From positions 10 to 64,009 of the forward strand of contig MHNE01000017.1 in assembly GCA_001819605.1 (NCBI GenBank): a stretch of 64,000 bases of DNA, read 5' to 3'. Positions within the stretch are counted from its first letter, which is position 1. Each line of letters starts with the position of its first letter. This document shows, in pieces, positions 47,509-55,126 of the stretch. Made by a program: the position numbers and the translations under genes. The stretch comes from Candidatus Portnoybacteria bacterium RIFCSPLOWO2_01_FULL_43_11 (GTDB lineage Bacteria > Patescibacteriota > Minisyncoccia > Portnoybacterales > UBA2143). The notes beneath the pieces were generated by a model that was not told where the DNA came from, searched no databases, and saw only the letters and a program-made list of their open reading frames with translations.

Positions 47509-47609
47509 CACTTCTCTCCTCCTGTTTGAGTTTATTGAATTTAAAAGGACAACGATAAGTACTTCAATATACTCTATCAAAATATCAAAAATGTCAAGGG
47601 TAAAAAATT

Positions 47610-48608
47610 TTAAAATATTATTCCCGGGCCTTTTTGCTGGTATCTTTCCAAATCCGCCTCTACCATTATTTTGATAAGCTGGTCAAAAGATGTTTTTCTT
47701 GGGTTCCAATTAAGTTCTTTCTGGGCTTTTTTTGAATCGCCCAAAAGCGAGGGCACATCAGAGGGCCGGAAAAAACTTTTGTCTATCTTTACGTAATCGC
47801 GGTAATCCAAACCAAGACAGGCAAACGCTTTTTGGACGAATTCGCGAACCGTGTGATTTTCACCGCTCGCAATAACAAAATCCTCCGGAGACTTTTTTTG
47901 AAGCATTAAATACATACACTCGCAGTAATCTGGCGCGTAACCCCAATCCCTTTTCGCGTCTAAATTACCCAGTCTTAATTCTTTAGCCAGGCCTAATTTT
48001 ATTTTAGCCGCGGCCGAAGTTATTTTTCTAGTAACGAATTCCTGACCCCTTAAAGGCGATTCGTGATTAAACAAAATCCCGGAGCAGGCAAAAAGATTAT
48101 AAGATTCCCTGTAATTTAGAGTAATCCAATGAGCGAATAATTTAGCTACGCCATAAGGACTTTTAGGATAAAAGGGCGTATTTTCATTCAACGACCCCTT
48201 TTTAACGCCGCCGAACATTTCAGAAGTAGAGGCCTGATAAAATCTTATTTTGGGCTTTAGTAATCTGATAACTTCCAAGAGCCGTAAAACACTCAAACCG
48301 GTGATTTGGGCGGTGGCAATCGGTTCGGAAAAAGAAGCGTCAACGAATGATTGAGCGGCTAAATTGTAAATTTCATCCGGGTCAGAAATTTTTAAAGCCG
48401 TGGCCAAAGAGCCCTCGTCCAATAAATCGCAGGGTATTAATTTTATCTTGTCTTTAATGCCTAAATGTTCTAAACGCCAAAAATTAGGCGAGCTGATTCG
48501 CCGATAAGTGCCAAAAACTTTATAGCCCTTTTCTAATAAAAATTTTGATAAATAAGTGCCGTCTTGGCCGGTAATCCCGGTAATTAAAGCGCTTTTTATT
48601 TTTCTCAT
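47610..48608 (-). CDS. gmd: GDP-mannose 4,6-dehydratase
   Basis: ALITGITGQDGTYLSKFLLEKGYKVFG, ASTSEMFG, SPYGVAKL, LFNHESPLRG. Confidence 0.9.
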   Translation of the reverse strand: MRKIKSALITGITGQDGTYLSKFLLEKGYKVFGTYRRISSPNFWRLEHLGIKDKIKLIPCDLLDEGSLATALKISDPDEIYNLAAQSFVDASFSEPIATAQITGLSVLRLLEVIRLLKPKIRFYQASTSEMFGGVKKGSLNENTPFYPKSPYGVAKLFAHWITLNYRESYNLFACSGILFNHESPLRGQEFVTRKITSAAAKIKLGLAKELRLGNLDAKRDWGYAPDYCECMYLMLQKKSPEDFVIASGENHTVREFVQKAFACLGLDYRDYVKIDKSFFRPSDVPSLLGDSKKAQKELNWNPRKTSFDQLIKIMVEADLERYQQKGPGIIF

Positions 48609-48650
48609 TGATTGCCTGAATTTTATTTGGATAGAATAACAGAATCTTTA

Positions 48651-49814
48651 TTATTTTTCAAGCAGGTCGTAAATTCTCTGAAAATAATTATTCCAAGTGG
48701 AATTGGTCAGATCTATTTTTGCCGATACTTCGGTTTCAAGGGCCTTTTCAAGACCTTGGGTAAAATCATCAATATTGGGATTTGCCAAAAAAACCAAAGG
48801 GTGATTTAGAACCGGCTCTTCCGCTTCAGTGGTCCAGACAACTTTTTTCCCAAAAGCCAGCGCTTCATAAGGAGTAATCCCTGAAGTTGTCCAACTGGGA
48901 AAAGCAAAAATATCACAGCCGGCGTAATAATCATATAAATCTTTATCGTCAATAAAGCCGGCAAAAATGACTTTATCTGTTAAATTGAGCTGTTTGACTA
49001 AATTTTTTAAATTTTCCTCTTCCGGCCCCCGGCCGCCGATAACAAGAACCGCGTCCTTGTGTTTTTCGGCTAATTGATGAAAACATTTTATCAATAAATC
49101 AATCCTCTTTCTTTTGTCTAAACGGCCAACGCTTAAGATAATTTTTTTGTCCCGCAACTGATATTTTTGCCTTATATCTTCCTTTGACTCATGTTTAAAT
49201 ATCTCCGGATTCAGACAACCTCTTGAAATAACCGCCTCTACTCCGTATAGTTTTTCAACCTCCCATTTAATCTGCTTGGTTAAAACAATAACCTTGGCGC
49301 TTTTTCTGATGGCCAAATAATCCAAAAAAGATTTCAGCTCTAAAACCATTCTTTTGTACGGATTTATTTTCGGCGCTTGGGCCGGGATAAATTCCCGATG
49401 GCCGATTAAGCTGTTTCTGATTTGATGAAAAACTCTTTTATGAATCAGAGAGTATTTATAAGGATTGTCAAGAAACCAAAACATAGTGCCGTGCAAATGC
49501 GTGAGATAAGGAATATTAAGACGGGTTAAATACAAAAGATGGCTGTCGCCGGCTGATTGAGCGATAATATAATCCGGCTTAATTTCTTTTAATCTTTTTC
49601 TTAATTGATATAATCTTTTTAAAAACCCTCCGTCTTTAATTGTTTCTAAATCTATTAGATTTGAATAGTTAAAAAGAGCGGCTGGATTAAATCTAAAAGT
49701 TAAAATTTTAACCCGATACCCTTTTTGGGTTAGAAATTTAGCCTCTTCAAACATCAGCCGTTCGGCTCCGCCCGGGTTAAGGATCGCGTTATAAAATAAG
49801 ACAACGGTTTTCAT
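48651..49814 (-). CDS. Family 4 glycosyltransferase
   Basis: GT-B architecture. C-terminal FPSWTTSGITPYEALAFGKKVVWT. Confidence 0.75.
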   Translation of the reverse strand: MKTVVLFYNAILNPGGAERLMFEEAKFLTQKGYRVKILTFRFNPAALFNYSNLIDLETIKDGGFLKRLYQLRKRLKEIKPDYIIAQSAGDSHLLYLTRLNIPYLTHLHGTMFWFLDNPYKYSLIHKRVFHQIRNSLIGHREFIPAQAPKINPYKRMVLELKSFLDYLAIRKSAKVIVLTKQIKWEVEKLYGVEAVISRGCLNPEIFKHESKEDIRQKYQLRDKKIILSVGRLDKRKRIDLLIKCFHQLAEKHKDAVLVIGGRGPEEENLKNLVKQLNLTDKVIFAGFIDDKDLYDYYAGCDIFAFPSWTTSGITPYEALAFGKKVVWTTEAEEPVLNHPLVFLANPNIDDFTQGLEKALETEVSAKIDLTNSTWNNYFQRIYDLLEK

Positions 49815-50863
49815 TTAAACTGCTCAATAATTTTAACGACTAAATTGTCTAAATTGTGATTTTTGACCACTTCGGCTCTTAATTTTTCCTGTATTTGTTT
49901 TTTTGCTTCTTTGTCTAAATTCATCACCCATTTGATTTTTTCAGTTAAAAATTTCGGATTATTTTCTTCAACCATTAAATTATTATTAAGAATATTAACA
50001 AAGGCCTCATTAGAAGTTAAAACTATTTTTTCACAGGCCATTGCCTCTAAAACACTTTTATCAACGCTTCCTGTCTGGCTAAGGTTAATAAATAAATCGC
50101 AGTTCTCATAATAAAATTGAATCTCGCGGTGCGGGACCGGCCCGATAAACTTAATATAATTTCCCAAATTATTTCCGCTGACCATTTTTTTTAAATTTTT
50201 AAAATATGTTTTATGCTCTTTTAGTCCCGGGCCGCCGATAATCTGAACTTCTAATCCGCCGGCTGGCGGACTATCTTTAACCAAAATATCTACGGCCTTT
50301 ATCAAAGTCTCGTAATCTTTTATTGGTGAAATTCTCCCTATTGAAAGTATTTTAAATTTTGAATTTTTAACTTTTAACTTTGAACTTTGAACTTTGAACT
50401 TATCTACGTTTATCCCGTGCCCCGCCACCTCAATCTTTTTCCTGTTTTTTAAGCGGCAGCTTTCTTCTGAAGCGGTTAAAATTTTGTCGGTCAATAAATT
50501 AACTAAATATAATTTCCAATTTACCGCTTTGTGAGCGTACCAAGAAACAACTTTTCTGCTGAATAACTTAGCGATTGGCGCGGCTAAAATTGTGTATTCC
50601 GGATTCATGTGACAAAACAAGCCGTCTATTTTCCTGATATTTTTAAAAACTAATTTCTTAAATTCCATAATCCTGCCTATTTTTGATTTTTTAGTCAAAT
50701 TAAAAACTTTTATATTTTCCGGCAAATCTGAAATATCGCCTTTCTGCCAGGCAATCACCCGCAATTCATCAACGGCTTGGCCGATTTTAAAAACCCAGTC
50801 ATAAGCAAAACCGGCCAAAGGGTCGTTTTTATCAACTTTTCTCGTAATCATCAATAAACGCAT
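49811..50863 (-). CDS. Family 4 glycosyltransferase (contains a 7-bp tandem repeat in the interdomain linker)
   Basis: SQTGSVDKSVLEAMACEKIVLTSN. The start was set to MRLLMITRK (50863), which avoids a 28-bp overlap. The ORF-track start is 50896. Confidence 0.75.
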   Translation of the reverse strand: MRLLMITRKVDKNDPLAGFAYDWVFKIGQAVDELRVIAWQKGDISDLPENIKVFNLTKKSKIGRIMEFKKLVFKNIRKIDGLFCHMNPEYTILAAPIAKLFSRKVVSWYAHKAVNWKLYLVNLLTDKILTASEESCRLKNRKKIEVAGHGINVDKFKVQSSKLKVKNSKFKILSIGRISPIKDYETLIKAVDILVKDSPPAGGLEVQIIGGPGLKEHKTYFKNLKKMVSGNNLGNYIKFIGPVPHREIQFYYENCDLFINLSQTGSVDKSVLEAMACEKIVLTSNEAFVNILNNNLMVEENNPKFLTEKIKWVMNLDKEAKKQIQEKLRAEVVKNHNLDNLVVKIIEQFK

Positions 50864-50868
50864 AAATT

Positions 50869-51978
50869 CTAAATGTTGATTATCTCCATCAGCCATGGTC
50901 GGGTTAAATAATTTATCAAAACATAAATAATTAAAATAATTGCGATAAGATATTTCTTTTTTAATCTTGATAATCCGTAACCGCTAATCATCGCCAACCA
51001 GGGAACAAGAATAAAAGCGATTCTTTGAGTGAGGCCGGGCCAAGCCAAAAAAGAAACAGAGGCGGGAAGAATGGCCAATAAAATTTTAGCTCTTTCTTTA
51101 TTAAAGTTTCTATATTCCTGATACAAACCGAAAATAAAAATAGGCCAACCCGCCAAAAAAAGCCAGCCCAAAATCTTAATCAATAATAAAAAGCTCCAGT
51201 CAATGCCCGGCGCGGCCGGGTTATTAATAACTTCTTTAAAAGAAAAACCATACCAATTAAGATAAGAAAAACCAAGCCGCCAATAAATAAACAAATGATA
51301 AAAGCCGGGAATGATTAAAAATAAAACAGCGGCTTTTAAAATCTTCTTCATTCTATTTAAGAAATTTTCCGGCAGAAAAAGAATAAGAATACCCAAGGGA
51401 ATCATACCTAAAGCGCCGTATTCTTTGAATAAAACTCCGATTGAAGCCGAAAGAATCGCCAAATAATAATTTTTTTTGTTGTTTGGGTTATTAAAAAATT
51501 TAACAGCCAGTAGGGTGGTCAGTAAAAAGAAAAACCAGCCGCCGATGTCAGTCCGATAAGTAACTCCGTAATTAATCATAGCGTAATTGGTAAAAAATAA
51601 AACTGCGCCACAAAAAGCTGTCCGGTGACTCTGATAAATCAAGTAAACTAATTTATAAAAAATAAAAATTATCAAAAAATAAAAAACAATATTAACCAAA
51701 AGCATGCCGTTGTATTCGCCGCCGGCCAGCTTGCCCAAGGCAATGGAGCTGTAAAGCATTAAAGGAGTGGTTAAAATTCTGGTTTTTAGAAAAACTTCCA
51801 TGTTTTCGTCGTAATCCGCTTTGTCGTATTCCCGGCCTTGTAAAAATTTCATAGCCGCCAAATAAGTGGGAGCGTCTCCGTTTAATTTTAACGGATAGGG
51901 CAAAAGAGAAAAAGCAATAACTAAATTTAAAATCACTAAAACAGATATAAAAAAATAAGGAGATTCAATGATTTTCAT
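50869..51978 (-). CDS. Polytopic membrane protein (GT-C- or polymerase-like; function unknown)
   Basis: 369 aa with about 10 TM helices, embedded among GT4 genes. Confidence 0.4.
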   Translation of the reverse strand: MKIIESPYFFISVLVILNLVIAFSLLPYPLKLNGDAPTYLAAMKFLQGREYDKADYDENMEVFLKTRILTTPLMLYSSIALGKLAGGEYNGMLLVNIVFYFLIIFIFYKLVYLIYQSHRTAFCGAVLFFTNYAMINYGVTYRTDIGGWFFFLLTTLLAVKFFNNPNNKKNYYLAILSASIGVLFKEYGALGMIPLGILILFLPENFLNRMKKILKAAVLFLIIPGFYHLFIYWRLGFSYLNWYGFSFKEVINNPAAPGIDWSFLLLIKILGWLFLAGWPIFIFGLYQEYRNFNKERAKILLAILPASVSFLAWPGLTQRIAFILVPWLAMISGYGLSRLKKKYLIAIILIIYVLINYLTRPWLMEIINI

Positions 51979-52031
51979 ATATTTGTTCTTTTGTTGATAT
52001 TCTGATTGAAATTATCGCTTTCATTATTTTT

Positions 52032-52805
52032 TTATTTTTTAGTTTCCTTTTTAGAAACATAATCAATTATTTTATTCCAATTCAAGTTATTATTTGCATA
52101 AAAGAGCTCTATTAAATCTTTAGTCATTTCGTTTAATTTCTTAACATATAGGTCCTGAAATATTTCATCTCTTTTTTTAACTTCCTTATCTAATGGTTTG
52201 ATTATTTTTTTATAAAGTTTGTTGTCAACGGATATTAACTCCCAAAATTGTTGGCCACATAATTTATAATAGTTTTTCTTATAATCTTTTCTATCTTTCT
52301 TGAATGGCTTGTTATCTTTGCCATACATACAACCATTTACGCTGATAATTCTTAATTTTTCGCCTTCTTTTTTTAGGATTTCTTTCGCCTTTTTAAAGTT
52401 TCTTTTCATAGTGTTTATTTGGTCGCTATTGCCCCAGTTGGGCCCAGATTTAATACTAACAATATAAAATTTATTATCTCTTTTGAAAATTAGGTCAACG
52501 CTACGAAATTTTATTTGTTCTGCTTTTTCACCATCAAATACTTGTTTGCAAATATGAACAGCAAGACTTTCAAGGAGATCGCCAAAAATTGTTTCTTCTT
52601 GCGATGATAGAAATGCATCTAATAAATATCTCGCAAAATCTCCTGCCGTTTGGATGTTTTTTGCTTTAAATAAATATGGATTCTTTCTTTTTATCAAGTA
52701 ATTTAATTTTATCTTTTTAAGTTTTAATAATCTTTTTTGATAAAAAGGACGAATAACATCGCTTACGATAAATTTATTTAGTTGGTTGTGGTTTAATTTT
52801 CTCAT
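52032..52805 (-). CDS. Candidate type II restriction endonuclease
   Basis: Starts 6 nt downstream of the methyltransferase stop. It has a possible PD-(D/E)xK-like core, SVDLIF...YIVSIKSG. No family assigned. Confidence 0.5.
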   Translation of the reverse strand: MRKLNHNQLNKFIVSDVIRPFYQKRLLKLKKIKLNYLIKRKNPYLFKAKNIQTAGDFARYLLDAFLSSQEETIFGDLLESLAVHICKQVFDGEKAEQIKFRSVDLIFKRDNKFYIVSIKSGPNWGNSDQINTMKRNFKKAKEILKKEGEKLRIISVNGCMYGKDNKPFKKDRKDYKKNYYKLCGQQFWELISVDNKLYKKIIKPLDKEVKKRDEIFQDLYVKKLNEMTKDLIELFYANNNLNWNKIIDYVSKKETKK

Positions 52806-52811
52806 AGTTTT

Positions 52812-53675
52812 TTAGATGTTTTTATTTATGTTTTCTATAGCTAAATTATAATACTCTTTAAGTATTTCTATGCCGACTGAATTTCTATCTAATTCTAAGG
52901 AGGCAATTAAGGTTGTCCCCGAACCCAAAAATGGGTCTAATACGGTATCGCCTCGCTTTGTAAATAATTTAATGAACCAAACAGGAAGACTTTTTGGAAA
53001 AACAGCACTATGATTTTTATTACCTGTCTCGGTTGCTAATGCTAATACATTTGTTGGATAGGCCATTTCCCTTCCAACCCATTTAGAGACATTCTTCCCA
53101 AAGCCACTACCAACTTTTGAATTATCTCTTCGCATATCGATTTCGCTTAGATTTTTTAACCTTACTTTAGCCCATTCACCCATAGGAATCATAACTTCTT
53201 CTTGATACATATTAAATTTTTTAGTTTTATTGAATTGTAGTAATCTTTCCCAAGAGTCTCTGAATCTATTTGTCCATTTTCCTGGATAGCAATTTTTTTT
53301 GTGCCAAATATACTCTTCTGTCCATAGCCATCCCTGTTCTCTCATTTTTAAAATTAACTCTATAACATAAGTATGCCTTTCGCTATTCACTACTTTTTCT
53401 TTTATATTCAGTATAAATGTCCCCGTTGGTTTTAAGACTCTTAATAATTCTTTTGTGATTGGTAAAAACCATTCAACATAGTGATCAGGTTTAATTCCTC
53501 CGTATGTGCTATTCCTTTGGTCGGCATAAGGAGGTGAGGTTATGACCAAATCAATGCCATCTGATTTGAAACCTTTTAATACTTCCAAGGAATTACCTAA
53601 ATAAATTTCAGCCCTCGTCGCTTTTTGAGAAAAAAGATTATGTTTTTTAAATACTTTTTTATTCTTACTAATCAT
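52812..53675 (-). CDS. Beta-class DNA methyltransferase (N4-cytosine or N6-adenine; the SPPY motif favours m4C)
   Basis: Motif IV DLVITSPPYADQ lies near the N-terminus and motif I VLDPFLGSGTT near the C-terminus, which is the beta-class order. Confidence 0.85.
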   Translation of the reverse strand: MISKNKKVFKKHNLFSQKATRAEIYLGNSLEVLKGFKSDGIDLVITSPPYADQRNSTYGGIKPDHYVEWFLPITKELLRVLKPTGTFILNIKEKVVNSERHTYVIELILKMREQGWLWTEEYIWHKKNCYPGKWTNRFRDSWERLLQFNKTKKFNMYQEEVMIPMGEWAKVRLKNLSEIDMRRDNSKVGSGFGKNVSKWVGREMAYPTNVLALATETGNKNHSAVFPKSLPVWFIKLFTKRGDTVLDPFLGSGTTLIASLELDRNSVGIEILKEYYNLAIENINKNI

Positions 53676-53687
53676 GTTTATTTTTAA

Positions 53688-54182
53688 TTATAGATTTAAA
53701 GCCCGTTGTACTTTTATTACCATTTCTTTTATCATTTTTCCTGTTGTTTGATGAAATTCTTTGTGTCTCGATGCAACACGCATTGCCTCCACCGCTTTAT
53801 TAGGTATAAGCTCCTTACTTATGTGGTGATAAAAAGTCAAATATCCAATAATTGTTTGATCCCAAGTTGGCTTTTCAATGCTTCCGATTAAAGCAAAATA
53901 GGGTGGCTGACTTATAAAAAGCTTGCCATAATCTTCCATAAACATACTACAAGCAGTAAATCCATTACAAGACGACATACATAATATTAAAGAATCGCCC
54001 AAAGATGAATTTATTTTAGCAAGTTCTTTTTTCATCCAGTCCCAAGTCATTAATTCGCCGTTTGTCAGACCTAACCCATCTTCACTTCCATGAGAGCTTA
54101 TATGTAATATTGGGACTATAGCTATATTTTCTTTAGCGTATTTCTCTTTTTTTGTTAATACTTTTTCTAAAAAATCTTCCAT
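53688..54182 (-). CDS. His/Cys-dyad (clan CD, caspase/CHAT-like) protein, downstream reading-frame segment
   Basis: PILHISSHGSEDGLGL (hydrophobic strand then HG) and LILCMSSCNGF (hydrophobic strand then C). The frame stays open upstream of the annotated ATG as far as the T7 tract. Confidence 0.45.
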   Translation of the reverse strand: MEDFLEKVLTKKEKYAKENIAIVPILHISSHGSEDGLGLTNGELMTWDWMKKELAKINSSLGDSLILCMSSCNGFTACSMFMEDYGKLFISQPPYFALIGSIEKPTWDQTIIGYLTFYHHISKELIPNKAVEAMRVASRHKEFHQTTGKMIKEMVIKVQRALNL

Positions 54183-54229
54183 TGCCTTAATAAAAAAGCA
54201 TCTACTTGTTATTAATTTATAATTAGTCT

Positions 54230-54373
54230 CTATAACAGGAAAAAAACTGAAAGTACTTCTATTAAGGCGGCACCTTCTTTTTTATTTTCATAGAAATCTC
54301 TTTCGGAAGGCGATTCAATAATGTATATAAATAATTTGTATTTTAATGGAGATTGTTTAGTTTGTTCTAACAT
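54230..54373 (-). CDS. N-terminal segment (47 codons) of the same His/Cys-dyad gene, in the 0 frame
   Basis: ATG at 54373 with AAGGGA 7 nt upstream. It encodes MLEQTKQSPLKYKLFIYIIESPSERDFYENKKEGAALIEVLSVFF. It joins the downstream frame by a -1 shift at 54239..54245. Confidence 0.45.
   Translation of the reverse strand: MLEQTKQSPLKYKLFIYIIESPSERDFYENKKEGAALIEVLSVFFLL
54239..54245 (-). promoter_or_regulatory. U_UUU_UUC slippery heptamer / T7 homopolymer at the frame junction
   Basis: Minus-strand GTT TTT TTC CTG. A -1 slip gives ...V F F P V I E..., which is continuous with the 164-aa ORF. Confidence 0.5.
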
Positions 54374-54416
54374 ATCTTTATCCCTTACTACGCCTTACAA
54401 TAATATTTTTAAATTT

Positions 54417-55115
54417 TCATTTAAATAAGTTAAATTTAACGATGTGATAAACAGCGGCCAGACCGTCCCGCCAGGTGATTTTCTTGCCATCGCTGTAAGT
54501 CCGGCCGTAATAAGAAATTCCTATTTCATAAATTTTTAATTTATTTTTAGCCACTAAAGCGGTTATTTCCGGCTCAATGCCAAATCTTTTAGAAGTGATT
54601 TTATCCTTGATTTTATCAAGGGCTTGACGGTTAAAAGCTTTGTAGCAGGTTTCTATATCGGTCAAAGAAAGATTGGAAAGCATATTTGATAAATGAGTCA
54701 AAAGTCTGTTGCCCTGGTAATGCCAGAAAAATAAAACGCGATGAGGTTCTGAACCAATAAAACGGGAGCCGTAAACCACATCGGCTTGGCCGTCTAAAAT
54801 AGGCCCGATAAGCCGACTGTATTCATTGGGATTATATTCTAAATCAGCGTCTTGAATAAGAATGATGTCGCCGCTCGCCCTTAAAAATCCCTGCTTAATC
54901 GCGGCTCCTTTACCTTCGTTTTTTTCTTTGAAAATAATAGCATATTTATCTCTTAATCGCTCCAGAGTTTCTCGCGTGCCGTCGGTTGATTTATCGTCAA
55001 CAATAATAATTTCTTTCTGAATATCTTTTAATTCAACTTGTTCTATTAATTTTAATATCCGTTTAATGGTATTTTTTTCGTTGTAGACCGGAATAATAAT
55101 TGAAAGAGTTGTCAT
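54417..55115 (-). CDS. Family 2 glycosyltransferase
   Basis: LSIIIPVYNEKNTI, IIVDDKSTDGT, IQDADLEYNPNEY. Confidence 0.85.
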   Translation of the reverse strand: MTTLSIIIPVYNEKNTIKRILKLIEQVELKDIQKEIIIVDDKSTDGTRETLERLRDKYAIIFKEKNEGKGAAIKQGFLRASGDIILIQDADLEYNPNEYSRLIGPILDGQADVVYGSRFIGSEPHRVLFFWHYQGNRLLTHLSNMLSNLSLTDIETCYKAFNRQALDKIKDKITSKRFGIEPEITALVAKNKLKIYEIGISYYGRTYSDGKKITWRDGLAAVYHIVKFNLFK

Positions 55116-55126
55116 TTTTTTAAAAA

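Noticed and set aside
47509-47580. N-terminal extensions suggested by the ORF track (starts at 47580, 50896, 58659 and 61667).
   Set aside because: Internal ATGs give canonical family N-termini. At 47508 there is a strong AGGAGG RBS. At 61583 and 50863 the internal starts remove long overlaps, with an ATGA junction at 61583. The 58659 extension is antisense to the divergent GT4 gene.
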